DNA of 63,302 nucleotides, filler included, from Klebsormidium nitens (GCA_000708835.1; 7 parts of 7 records of this genome joined end to end with filler, not necessarily neighbours in it), one strand, 5' to 3'. Positions 11,667 through 23,000 are shown, counted from the first letter of the whole stretch. The notes: generated by a model from the sequence alone, not told the origin. Numbers and translations are program-made.

Positions 11667-13383
11667 CGAAGAGGCCACCGTCTCTCCGGAACTCTATGTT
11701 ATGGCGCTGATGGAGACAACTAACAGGGTGGACGCCATGAAAGCGCTGCTCCTAATTAGCTGTATTCAGACGACATACAAAGAGTTGCTGGCGCAACTCG
11801 GTCTGGTCTCTTGTTCTAGTGCAAAGACAAGGTCGTCTCTATGAATATCTCNNNNNNNNNNNNNNNNNNNNNNNNNNNNNNNNNNNNNNNNNNNNNNNNN
11901 NNNNNNNNNNNNNNNNNNNNNNNNNNNNNNNNNNNNNNNNNNNNNNNNNNNNNNNNNNNNNNNNNNNNNNNNNNNNNNNNNNNNNNNNNNNNNNNNNNNN
12001 NNNNNNNNNNNNNNNNNNNNNNNNNNNNNNNNNNNNNNNNNNNNNNNNNNNNNNNNNNNNNNNNNNNNNNNNNNNNNNNNNNNNNNNNNNNNNNNNNNNN
12101 NNNNNNNNNNNNNNNNNNNNNNNNNNNNNNNNNNNNNNNNNNNNNNNNNNNNNNNNNNNNNNNNNNNNNNNNNNNNNNNNNNNNNNNNNNNNNNNNNNNN
12201 NNNNNNNNNNNNNNNNNNNNNNNNNNNNNNNNNNNNNNNNNNNNNNNNNNNNNNNNNNNNNNNNNNNNNNNNNNNNNNNNNNNNNNNNNNNNNNNNNNNN
12301 NNNNNNNNNNNNNNNNNNNNNNNNNNNNNNNNNNNNNNNNNNNNNNNNNNNNNNNNNNNNNNNNNNNNNNNNNNNNNNNNNNNNNNNNNNNNNNNNNNNN
12401 NNNNNNNNNNNNNNNNNNNNNNNNNNNNNNNNNNNNNNNNNNNNNNNNNNNNNNNNNNNNNNNNNNNNNNNNNNNNNNNNNNNNNNNNNNNNNNNNNNNN
12501 NNNNNNNNNNNNNNNNNNNNNNNNNNNNNNNNNNNNNGGGTATCAGGAGAGACTGAGTGGTCTTAACTCCTCACGAGGCTGTGAAGCTTCTTTGAGGTAA
12601 ATCCATGCTTGTTCTCTTCTCAACAGCTTTGCGTACAAGCTTCTGAAAGTGAGGAACTCACTCCACAAATATCCAGGATTTGCACAGGCATGTGTCATTT
12701 CGGTGTTCAGAAAACATGGAAATTGCAATCAGTGGTTCTCTAGTGGGCACGTGTCATCCAGATTTGTTGACTACTGTGCACTCAATGTGTACACCCAATT
12801 TCTATTATAGACCTACAGTAGGCGTTTGCGCAATAATGAATGGATATTATGTGAAGGCCTCTCTGAGCCGCGGGATGTCACGTACATGCATTGTTAGGCA
12901 ATAGCTAGACTGTACTTGGTCGGAAGTGCTCAATGTGTCTTGTAGAAGGTATGCATGCTAAAGGTTACCCGCTCGGACCACATGACATCATCATTCATTT
13001 GTGCTCAGTTTGCAATTGAATTGATATTGCGTATCGCGCGCGCATATGCAATCAAGTTGGGAGGAATTGGTTGGCAGTAGCTTATAAACATCCCGGAGTC
13101 CAAGTGTGCCGGTACTCCGGCATTGCATGTGATTAACGCCGCCATGACTTACTTGCATGAGCTCCAAGGCTGACGAAAACTCCACAATCGAAACCCTGGC
13201 TGCTTGCTAGCCTAATTTGCGCTGAACTGCTCGGACCGTACTGTATGGGAATGGTCTGCAACANNNNNNNNNNNNNNNNNNNNNNNNNNNNNNNNNNNNN
13301 NNNNNNNTTAATTAATTAANNNNNNNNNNNNNNNNNNNNNNNNNNNNNNNNNNNNNNNNNNNNTCGCATCGACATAAGACCTC

Positions 13384-13662
13384 ATGACAGAATTCTGCAT
13401 GGTGCTTGCGGGTTGCTTGGTCAGCTGCATCAAGCTCCCCGCGTGCGCGATCAGGCGTGCGTCGACCAGCTCCCCCATGAGGATTGTCAGATTGGGAGCG
13501 CAGGTAGTCGAGGACTGCGCACGGTACTTGGAGAGCGAGCTAACCTGGTCGCACAGCATGACGCCCAGGTTCCTGGGAAGAGGTCTACGGTCCCAATGGA
13601 GATCACGGCAGCGGCCTCTTTGAAGGGCGCCTCCATGACCTCCTCTTCCAAGATCTGCAGCA
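13384..13662 (-). pseudogene. NOP58: NOP58 (box C/D snoRNP, Nop domain) gene fragment with a frameshift and an internal deletion
   Basis: ILEEEVMEAPFKEAAAVISIGT / LCDQVSSLSKYRAQ...APNLTILMGELVDARLIAHAGSLMQLTKQPASTMQ matches plant NOP58 ([61 protein letters not shown]). The two parts lie in different frames and the RMNxIA segment is missing. Confidence 0.85.
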
Positions 13663-14743
13663 AGGGAGGTGGGAGAACCGTCAGATGCGCCGCACAAGAG
13701 TCTGACATCTGCTGTATACGAAATAAAATCGAGCTTTGACCTGCCATGCAAAACACTTGAGCTAGTTCACAGTGAGATTTACCAAGCCAGTTGATTGTCG
13801 CTTGAGCAATCCCATTGGATTGAACAGAATATGCCATAGAAACAAGCCGACAGGCACCAAAAAGGCTGACTGAATCATGTAGACGCGAAGACAAACCATT
13901 TAGGAAACGATATATAATAAAAGTGAGAGAAGTTAAGAAGAAGCAGCGAAGAGCTCGAAGATGAGAGCTGCAATAGCAAAGCACATGGGCTCCTCAACGA
14001 AGATAAAAGAATAGTGTGTAGCAAACGCACCTTTCTGATTACAGCTTACCTCTATTCCATTCAATCCTTCAGCGTGTGCGATTGTCAATGTAGATTTTTA
14101 ACTTGCTCGGATTATATTCAATGACTCTCACATCCTTCTGCTAGTCACGAAGTACAGAGGATTGGAGTACAACATGCAAAATGTTATGCGTACATGTTGT
14201 AATCCCGGCAACAGGCACGAAAGGCCAAGTTTTTGTCAACAAGGGGTTCTGCTGTGACGTCGTGCTAGAAGCTGACCTGCATGGCACCAGTCCCCCTCAA
14301 CATGAATTCCCCTGAGGAGATGAAGAAAAGTAGACCGTGTGATGTTAGGGACCTGTGAAGATGTCCTTCTCTTCCCTGTCAATTCTGCTCATTCTGCAGG
14401 AGAATGCACAGAGGAACCATTATCAGCAATCTTTGCCAATCGTGTTCAGTAAGAAGATGGCTGTGCCAGATTGTTGCGTGGCCGCTTGCTGTGGGATGGT
14501 CTGATCAGGATTTTCAGCAGATCCTCACACTGCCTTCAAAGATGTTTGCATCTCCAAAAACATCTCAAGCCTAAGTGACTGTATCGCCCTTGTTTGAAGA
14601 TTGGGCCAAGTTTTGAGCTTCTTCACCGGGCCTTCTTGCAGCATAATCCAAATGAGCAGAACTCTGACCAAGCGGAAGCAACTCTGTGATCTCTCCCCCA
14701 ACTCTTTTGATGGCCTGAGCTGCAACATGCAAGCTTAGCAAAG

Positions 14744-14929
14744 TTGAACACCTTTGAAAAGCTTCCTTTTTTGATACGTGCATTTTGCTGTGCAAAACTG
14801 CTCAACATTCCTAATGATTTCCACCCAATGAATGGCTGGCTCCACCATGTCCAGGCGCTAGCCCGCACAAAAGGAAATGAGAGGCATATTGCCGGTATCA
14901 AATGCCTTAGAGCAATCCGCTGGCTTTGA
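14744..14929 (+). pseudogene. possible CENP-B/Tc5 (pogo-like) HTH remnant
   Basis: AKLLNIPNDFHPMNGWLHH loosely resembles the A..l...dF.aS.GWl..F motif; short and degenerate. Confidence 0.25.
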
Positions 14930-15375
14930 ATGCGCCATGCCACTGCATACCTTTCGTGAATTTGCCATGAAAGTCAGACACGCCATTCTTCTGGAGAGAC
15001 TCATCAGTGTTCATGACAATGACATTGAGAGACCTTCGGAAGAGGGAGAGAAATCAGCAGACGAGAAATGTGCTCGGAACCCTAATCTGGAGCGTTACCA
15101 GTAAGTAATATGTTGCATTCAATCACAGATTGAAACGAGTTTCATGCAGCCTGTGGAACCACTTGCCATGACGTAATGCACCGGTCATGTCACCGGCCAT
15201 TAATTGGTCTGGGGGTTTTTATATTTGTATTTTTTATATTTGTATTCAAGAGAAACTCCAGCGCTTCAGGCACCACATGCACATGCCGCCACTCGGCTGA
15301 GACAAGCGTTTAAAATCTTCCCACACTCTGGCGGACTGCCAATTGTGGAGAAGATCGAGGGTACCTAAGGCTATA

Positions 15376-16805
15376 AAGCAGCAACAGCCAGGTTCAATTG
15401 CAAGACATTCCAATCATATGTTTTGCTAATGATCCTTCTCGTGTATGCCGTCCGAGATAAACCGTTCTGCACTCCCGTCCACCATCAATGATTATCCGTT
15501 GAATAAGCATGAGAACAGAATAGAGTGTTTGGCAAAGGAAGGTGGACAGGTTGAATGAAAGTTGACAGCCCTTTCATGCATGCCTACCTTTTCTTTCACT
15601 CTTTGGATGTATGGCATAAATGCAACATGAGATTGGTATGACATTTGGATGTGGGTTGCTATCAATTTGTATTGATTGATGCAATTAATCATTTAGAAGG
15701 TCTGGCCTACCGTCTAAGATGTTATTGCTGTCTTTATGTTTTGTCCGGATTGGATGAATGACATCCGGGACCACTACTGTAGAACTAATCTAATCTGCCT
15801 ATAGAACTATGGAAAGGGCTCCCAAGGGGCTATGTTCTAGGGGCTGGGCCAGACCAAACTCAAAGCATACCAAGAAAAGCCGGAATATTCTCTGAAAGCT
15901 ATCATGTAGCAATCCAAGCACTGTGATTTAAACACCTGGGTGAAAGATATGCAATTTTGGATGAGTTTTCCAGTTTTTCGGAGAGCTTCAGCGTTGATCA
16001 AAATGCCGTGCCTGGAGGGTGTTGTATCATACCTGGGGGGGAAGAGAAGCACTTGGTCAGTCTTTTGCCTGCACAGGGTCTTCAGGGACGAAGCCAATCA
16101 GTAGAATAGAGGTCTTCTGTAGATGCGGGCCTCTCACAGGCCAAGAGAATGCACTCAAGTCGTTTCAAGGCTTGGCCCAGCCCCTTTCGAATGCTAGTTG
16201 TCTCGTGCTTCGTCTTGCTGTTCGCTGAATGCCAAAGTGTCTTTGCTAGAAGGTCCGTGCTTTCTGTGGCGCGAGAAGGGCTTTCTGCTGTGCGAAGCAA
16301 TTTTGAAATGAGGAGCAAGCTCCGGGCATCGTCAGCTTTTGCCCTTGGGCGATGAGTTTGGAGTCGAACGTTGAAGTGTCTGACTTGGCAAACTCTGAGT
16401 GGCTGAAAGTCTACCGAAGCGTTCTGACCGTTCGATTCGATTTGTGAATTAAGTTGACCGAAGTGTAGGGTTTAACGTACGTACGCCGGGCGTGCTGACG
16501 TCATGCGGTGGTGAGGCGGCCGCGGCGTTGCCGGGCGCGTGCGCCGCGCTGTTCGCACCCGATGCGCCCGCGAGAGCGGCTGAGTTGCCGCCGGCGGAGG
16601 TGTCCTGGGGGGATTTCTTGTTGCGGCGCGTGGCTACACCGTCTGCCTTGGCAGTCTTGGCAATCAGAGCGGAAAGCCCTGGAGAGCGGCAAGAGTTTGA
16701 GTTTTACACCCAATGTATTAACCCCTGTTTTTGAGGTGTGTCCAGTTGCATTAGAAACCTCGCACGCTTGTGCAAGGCGGTGAAAAATAGAAGATACACT
16801 CCGAG
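15376..16805 (-). repeat. downstream direct repeat (pseudo-LTR-like), copy of 22036-23465
   Basis: Aligns to 22036-23465 at offset 6660; by eye about 18 differences in 1430 bp. Confidence 0.95.
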
Positions 16806-16823
16806 GGTCAAGTGTGCTTGGTT

Positions 16824-16880
16824 TCTAATGGCCCGCCACCACCCGTTCCGTGGTTGAGTGTCAACCCGGAACCCATCAGA
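16824..16880 (-). other. nested RNA hairpin in the 3' UTR of the element
   Basis: On the minus strand UCUGAUGG/CCAUUAGA (one G-U pair), GUUCCG/CGGAAC and GGUUGA-CAC-UCAACC form nested stems directly after the HNH stop codon. Confidence 0.65.
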
Positions 16881-16887
16881 TAACTAC

Positions 16888-17457
16888 TTACGTCCCGTAG
16901 CCTTTTGTGAGCGCTCCAAGGATTTCCGAGGTAATCAGGTTGTTACGCTCGCACGAGTGTAACAATCTGATGACGTCCTTAGTTGTTTTGAAGTGCGAAC
17001 CGGTGTGTTTGCCGGTCGACGGTTTGTTAGCCATGTTGTCAGACTTGCTGAGCCACCTGACGTTATCGATTGTATAATGTCGTAGTGGGTCTTTGCGATC
17101 CAATTGGAATTGAGAAGATGCCTCTAACGGCCAGAGTGGTAACGCTCCGAGGATCAGGTCTGTGACGTAAGCAAAGGCGAAGAAAGCATATTTATCTCTT
17201 TGGCTAGAGATTTTGCCTTTTGGTAGGTAAAACCCTTTCCAACCGAACGTGAGGCGGGTGGTGGCATAAGCGGGATCAAAATGAGTACGATTAATTAAAG
17301 AGTCCCATTTCTCGTAAACCGGGTGGTCAGTGTTTTTGACCACTTCTGACCTGCCGTTTTTGTATGTCCGGAGATTCAGGGGACATGAATTATAAACCGG
17401 AGACACGTATTTCAGCAGGCAGGCATCTAATTCTGTGAGTCCGTTTTGAACAAACAT
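16888..17457 (-). CDS. intact 189-aa phage-type HNH (DRxD..Y..xN.RW) endonuclease
   Basis: HPVYEKWDSLINR and QLDRKDPLRHYTIDNVRWLSKSDNMANK (17023-17103) match the hp.Y..W..M..R and sLDRIDn...Y.p.NcRWa...q..Nr motifs of phage HNH proteins; uninterrupted ATG to TAA. Confidence 0.75.
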   Translation of the reverse strand: MFVQNGLTELDACLLKYVSPVYNSCPLNLRTYKNGRSEVVKNTDHPVYEKWDSLINRTHFDPAYATTRLTFGWKGFYLPKGKISSQRDKYAFFAFAYVTDLILGALPLWPLEASSQFQLDRKDPLRHYTIDNVRWLSKSDNMANKPSTGKHTGSHFKTTKDVIRLLHSCERNNLITSEILGALTKGYGT

Positions 17458-17509
17458 TACAAATTGTGAAATGAGCGGAACCGTGGGGTTTTTAAAAGTC
17501 GGGTTGTAG

Positions 17510-19648
17510 CTAAACCGTGCGATGAGGTTGCATTAGTTGGGGGGGTAGGCTATCGTGCTGTGATAGCCCCCCGTCAGCAGCGAGGTTAAGATCTGGGTTA
17601 GCCACCGTTGTAACGGCACGTGTGGCTGATTGAGAGAGGAAGAGTTTTTTGAACCGTTTAGGTGCGTTTTTGAGAACTGATGCCCGGGGTGGGCATGCGC
17701 CGCCTGGTGGGAGACTGACAACATTGGACGCGTGTTCCACGTTTCCATTTAAAGCAAATGACGGGTCAATCGGAAAGGACATATAACAGGTGATAAAGAA
17801 GCTATGCTCGGAATTATTCTCTGTCATACCTAATGATTGCAGAGTGGGGACTTCTGCGGAAAAGCGAGTGGTGGGCCGATTTGTAAAAAGATTCAGAAAA
17901 GTGTGCCCTCCGTCTAGTTCCTTTGGACGGCGATACATTATTGACGTGATGACCAGAAGTCCTTCGAGAGCTTTCTCCGAAGGCTGAGAGGCATTGAGAT
18001 CAATGAGCTGCCTTGTCTTTGAAGTAACTCCGAACACGTGCGAGTAGAAAGAATCAAGGAGTGGAGAGTTACTTTCGTTCTCTTGACGGAGAGTGGTGTT
18101 CTCCGCCTGGATGGAGCCCATGGCCGTCTGGAGCGTCCGCATTTCGTCGTTCTTGGAGTCCTGGGCCTTTTGGAGGTTGGTGACGTCTGCTTGGAGCGCC
18201 TGGGTTAGGAGGGAAAGGCGGAGAAGTTCGTCTTCCTGTCCGCGTTTGGTGCTTTGTTGGGCCAGGGTTTGGAAGTTAACCGCTGGGTTATTGTCGAGGT
18301 TTGAGTTGGCCGGCGGGGGGATCCCTTCAGGTGGGTTAGGGCCCTGGGGTGCCGTTGGAGGAGTGTTTTCCGTAGCCGCCGGAACTGCCGGATTTCCGGT
18401 GTTGTTTTGCGGGTTCGGGGCTGGTTCCAGGGCGAGTTCGTTACGGGGTTTGGGGAGGGTTTCCTTTCCGGTTCCGGATTCTGCGACTTCGTTATCTCCG
18501 TACGTTCCGGGGGTAGTTTTAACCTGAGACTGCCATTCCTTGTGTCGTGCGAAGGCTTTGGATTGCCTAACCGCCTCACGTGCTTTTGCGTGACCGAGTA
18601 GGCACCGGCTGTCAAAGGAGCACTTTTCCTTTGGCGTGTGGAAGGCAGGGCATGGTCGTTCGTGCTTGGGGGCGTGGGAAAATTTGCACTTGGGTTCGGT
18701 GCAGGGTTTATCCTGAGCTGTGTTGACACATAGCTGCGTGAACTCCCCTTGGACGGTTGTGAAATAGGGCATCACCGACTGCCGTAGGACGGTCGCTTTG
18801 GCGGCGGGTTTCTCGTACGGTGTAGTAACCGGGGGGCGCGTTCCGCTGCTCCGTGGATTCTGCTGACGGGGGGCGTGCCGGATTGGACCGCCGGAGGGTG
18901 CTTCCGGTTTGGGTCTTGCCGTCTCGTTGACGGGCTGCCGGTCGCCGTTCCACTGTGGGCCTGTGTTTCTCTGTGGGGGTGCGAACTGCTGGGGATAAGC
19001 CTGTCGTGGTTGCAGGGGGGGGAAGTCGTTGTTTGCAGGGCCTCGGGCTGGGTAGAGCTCGACTCGTGCGTTTGGGGGGGGAGTCGTGTTCCGGTTCCAG
19101 TTTGGCGGTCCGTTGGTACCGCTGGGAGGTCCTGTAACGTTTCCGGTTTGCCAGTTGGGATTCGGGTTCCAGCGGGGAGGTTCCGTGTCCCACTGGCTGT
19201 TCGGCCGACCGTAACCGCCGTTTGGGGGATTCGGTTGCGGAGGGTTCTGGAAGGTTTGTGGGGGTGCGGAGTGTGTCTGACCGGGAGGTGGGTACTGGTG
19301 AGGCGGGGGTCCGTTTGGTTGATACGCCTGGGGAGCAGTCGGGGCGTACTGCTGCGGGGCCGGGGCGTTCTGCGGGGGAGGTGTTGACTGGGGGTACGGT
19401 TGAACCTGTGGCGCCGCATATGACGTCACGGCGTACGTGGCAGGCTGGGGGGGTGCTGGAGCCGGAGGTGGAGGAAGGAAGGCCGTTTGCGCCGCGGGTG
19501 TCGGAGCTGCCGTCGGTTGCGCGTAGAGGTAGGGCGGAGCCGTTGGAGGTGGGGCCGCCGGTGGTTGTGCAGGCAGCTGCGTCGGTTGTGGTGGAAGTGC
19601 TGTCGTCATCACGGCATACGCGGGGGCGCCGTATGGGTACGTATACAT
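17510..19648 (-). CDS. intact ~712-aa Pro/Gln-rich protein with two CCCH zinc fingers and a coiled coil
   Basis: C-x8-C-x4-C-x3-H (CVNTAQDKPCTEPKCKFSH) and C-x9-C-x5-C-x3-H (CPAFHTPKEKCSFDSRCLLGH) at ~18590-18730; heptad region LLTQALQADVTNLQKAQDSKNDEMRTLQTAMGSIQAENTTLRQENE; the ATG at 19648 lies 24 nt after the RT stop. Confidence 0.85.
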   Translation of the reverse strand: MYTYPYGAPAYAVMTTALPPQPTQLPAQPPAAPPPTAPPYLYAQPTAAPTPAAQTAFLPPPPAPAPPQPATYAVTSYAAPQVQPYPQSTPPPQNAPAPQQYAPTAPQAYQPNGPPPHQYPPPGQTHSAPPQTFQNPPQPNPPNGGYGRPNSQWDTEPPRWNPNPNWQTGNVTGPPSGTNGPPNWNRNTTPPPNARVELYPARGPANNDFPPLQPRQAYPQQFAPPQRNTGPQWNGDRQPVNETARPKPEAPSGGPIRHAPRQQNPRSSGTRPPVTTPYEKPAAKATVLRQSVMPYFTTVQGEFTQLCVNTAQDKPCTEPKCKFSHAPKHERPCPAFHTPKEKCSFDSRCLLGHAKAREAVRQSKAFARHKEWQSQVKTTPGTYGDNEVAESGTGKETLPKPRNELALEPAPNPQNNTGNPAVPAATENTPPTAPQGPNPPEGIPPPANSNLDNNPAVNFQTLAQQSTKRGQEDELLRLSLLTQALQADVTNLQKAQDSKNDEMRTLQTAMGSIQAENTTLRQENESNSPLLDSFYSHVFGVTSKTRQLIDLNASQPSEKALEGLLVITSIMYRRPKELDGGHTFLNLFTNRPTTRFSAEVPTLQSLGMTENNSEHSFFITCYMSFPIDPSFALNGNVEHASNVVSLPPGGACPPRASVLKNAPKRFKKLFLSQSATRAVTTVANPDLNLAADGGLSQHDSLPPQLMQPHRTV

Positions 19649-19671
19649 GCTGCCTGTAATCAAGTACAAGG

Positions 19672-22600
19672 TTAGCTGTCCCGGAGCTTTTGATCAAGTG
19701 TGAATTTAAAGATGAGTTCCAGGTCCTTTTTGTTTCCCATTAGTCGCGGGTTGTAGACTTGGGTGTTAAGGAACCTGGAAAAGGTAGTGCAGAGTTCCTG
19801 CCTGGGGTAGTTTTTGTGTTTGATTAGGTAGGCTGCCACGTCACCGACGTTGTCGAAGAAGCCTTCCGAATGAGTGTTTAGTCTGAACAGTCTGACGATT
19901 TCTCCGTAAAAAGAAGAGACCGACTGTGCAGTACTAGCATTCGAAGTAATATCTGGAAAGCGGTTGACAAAGAATTCGTAGTCATTCCTCTTGTCATGGA
20001 GGGTGACGTGGACTTCCCCTTGGAGATCGACAAAGATCAGGGTGTCCAGGAGTTTGCATTCGAGCAGGCGATTTGGATGAGGTTTGACTTTGTTAGGCAC
20101 CAGTTTGATGCCGGTGCTTTCAGGGTAAATGTCCTGGTACATTCGTTGAAAGTATTCTGCGTTTGTAATTCCGAAGTCATCCATAGCGAAAGATTAAATA
20201 CTGTAACGAGTGCCAGGGGTATTTTTCGACCCACTTACGCTCGTGTGCATGACATGTCAGGTTGGCAAGGAAACCGCTAGAGTGTCCTCCCTGTGGGATG
20301 CCATTTATCTGGTGGAAGATTGCGTTTCCAAGGGAAACGTATGAATTTCGCACCAGAAAGTCGAGGATGTTAAGGATGTTCTGAATTGGATACACCGTGC
20401 CTTCGCTACAGTGTTCCTTTTCACTGGGAAGAGTTTTGGTCGTGGGGTCCAGTCCTGATTCAGTACTGAACCAGGTGCTATCGTCTATTTTGTTTCCTAG
20501 GACTGTGGTACCTATGGCTATGAAGAAAGAATCGGCTCCAGCAATGGAAGCAGCCCTAGATTTCTCCGCGAAGTTGCTCTATAACATTGGATTGGTCCAT
20601 TGTTTGGTACATGGAGTCGATGTCCGATGATACCATGTGGACGAGGTGTTCAGGGAGGGAGAGGATGATGTCTAGACTGTTCTCTACAATCCAATACTTA
20701 CGAATTTTGGTGGTGCGAAACTCTTCTGCGTGAAAGTCTCTTAAGGTGCGCATAACCAGAGAGAGGGCTTGCGTGAGGATCCTTTGTGGAACTGCCAGGA
20801 CTGAGCGGTGAGTGGCCGCGACTGGTCTCCATCCTATTGGTGTTTTGTGTGGTTTAGGAAGGGTGTAAAAGTATGGAAGCTCGCTGGTTTCTTCCTGGAA
20901 TAATGTATTCAAGTGCGTGTGATGAACAAGACATGAGATTTGGTCGAGCAGCTTGGTAACAAGTTCATCCCGTGAGAGGGTGAGTCGTTGATACTCAGGA
21001 GCTTTGTGCAGGGTGATTACACATTGCTTAATATAAAGATTCTTGCAGACTACGAAGTGATTTCCTCTGCATTTGTCGGCTGGAAGAATGACATATTTGT
21101 CAAGAAAGGTCTCTAGTTCCGCCTGGTGGTCGGAAAGCTTGCCGGGAGCTGGAAATAAGAGTTTTTCGAGGTTGATTTCCCCGATTTCATTCTGACGTAA
21201 CATTTTCTGTACATGGTCATTAAAGCTTCGAAGGAGTTTGGAGGCCCAGCGATGGCTGTCTGGGTTTCGTTTTCTTTCAGTGAGTTCACGAAGGGCTGTT
21301 TCAAGTACTTGGGAAGCAAGTTTGGGATCCCCGTTGGTGGTTTTCCGGAACATGGGTCCCCTTTTAAGTCTATCTAGAATGATGGGATTAGAGATCAAGG
21401 CATCGAGGTTACCGCTTGCCAGATGGCCTTGGAAGCGTGTCTCTGCAGTGTGTTCCTTCTGACAATGACAAGCGATAGTGAAGTCTTCAAACCTGGGAAT
21501 AATTTCATTGATCCATGTGTCAAAGTCAACTCCGTCCAGAGTTGCTTTGTATTGAGATTGACTGAGCTTTTGTGGTGGCTCAGGATAGAGCCACCGGATC
21601 TGAAGGTTCTCATACGGATTTATATATTCAAGCTCGGCTTTCAGCTTTCTGAGGTCAATTAGGTTAAATTACTGATTGACGAAGGGAATCAACAGCCAGG
21701 GTGAATTAAGATCGGTTGGTTTCCGATCTGGATTGTAATAAAGCAGTTTATCTCTTTGAGTACAGTGAAACTTTTCCATGATATAACCATTAATCAGTCA
21801 GTAATTTTGAGGCCTGCACTGACCTGTGATTGCAGACTGAAGCCAGCAGAGAGGGATTGGAGGCCTCTTTCACAGAAAGGCTCTCTCGAAGACACCCAGT
21901 AGCTTGGTGTCTTCTTGGCGGTAGAAGGTCAGTTCAGGGTCCAGAGTAGAATTGAGAGGAAGTTGGGCCTGAGACTATCTGGGAATGAGCAGAAGCAACA
22001 GGCAGTTAGTTTCTGTCTGTTGAAAGAAGAATATGAAGCAGTAGCAGCCAGGTTCAATTGCAAGACATTCCAATCATATGTTTTGCTAATGATCCTTCTC
22101 GTGTATGCGGTCCGAGACAAACCGTTCTGCACTCCCGTCCACCATCAATGATTATCCGTTGAATAAGCATGAGAACAGAATAGAGTGTTTGGCAAAGGAA
22201 GGTGGACAGGCTGAATGAAAGTTGACAGCCCTTTCATGCATGCCTACCTTTCCTTTCACTCTTTGGATGTATGGCATAAATGCAACATGAGATTGGTATG
22301 ACACTTGGATGTGGGTTGCTATCAATTTGTATTGATTGATGCAATTAATCATTCAGAAGGTCCGGCCTACCGTCTAAGATGTTATTGCTGTCTTTATGTT
22401 TTGTCCGGATTGGATGAATGACATCCGGGACCACTACTATAGGACTAATCTAATCTGCCTATAGAACTATGGAAAGGGCTCCCAAGGGGCTATGTTCTAG
22501 GGGCTGGGCCAGACCAAACTCAAAGCATACCAAGAAAAGCCGGAATATTCTCTGAAAGCTATCATGCAGCAATCCAAGCACTGTGATTTAACACCTGGGT

Positions 22601-23000
22601 GAAAGATATGCAATTTTAGATGAGTTTTCCAGCTTTTCGGAGAGCTTCAGCGTTGATCAAAATTGCCGTGTCTGGAGGGTGTTGTATCATACCTGGGGGG
22701 GAAGAGAAGCACTTGGTCAGTCTTTTGCCTGCACAGGGTCTTCAGGGACGAAGCCAATCAGTAGAATAGAGGTCTTCTGTAGATGCGGGCCTCTCACAGG
22801 CCAAGAGAATGCACTCAAGTCGTTTCAAGGCTTGGCCCAGCCCCTTTCGAATGCTAGTTGTCTCGTGCTTCGTCTTGCTGTTCGCTGAATGCCAAAGTGT
22901 CTTTGCTAGAAGGTCCGTGCTTTCTGTGGCGCGAGAAGGGCTTTCTGCTGTGCGAAGCAATTTTGAAATGAGGAGCAAGCTCCGGGCATCGTCAGCTTTT
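19672..23000 (-). pseudogene. disrupted PLE ORF1: degenerate N-terminus, CxC linker and reverse transcriptase
   Basis: IACHCQKEH...QGHLASGNLDALISNPIILDRLKRGPMFR (21470-21350; Naiad/Chlamys linker); YFYTLPKPHKTPIGWRPV; SSDIDSMYQ; GIPQGGHSSGFLANL; RY/xDD split by a frameshift at ~20180; thumb FYGEIVRLFRLNT. There is a second frameshift at ~20575, a stop at 21669-21671, and many stops upstream. The upstream boundary is approximate. Confidence 0.85.

Noticed and set aside
11819-12566. Long ORFs made of X (also 60963-61775)
   Set aside because: Translations of N-gaps.
13307-13319. TTAATTAATTAA embedded in N-runs (also ~37591, 42305, 49669, 56169, 60014)
   Set aside because: Scaffolding linker (stops in all frames) inside gaps; an assembly artefact. 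Adjacency across these gaps is uncertain.
15207-15375. 3' end of an L1-like element on the minus strand (VWEDFKRL, A-rich tail)
   Set aside because: Too short to support by eye.
16320-16340. CTGACGA on the minus strand as a hammerhead ribozyme core
   Set aside because: No stem II followed by GAAA and no stem I/III pairing found.
18708-19697. Long overlapping alternative-frame ORFs (18708-19697, 18772-19419 and antisense)
   Set aside because: Shadow ORFs of the GC-rich, Pro-rich ORF2; no independent motifs.
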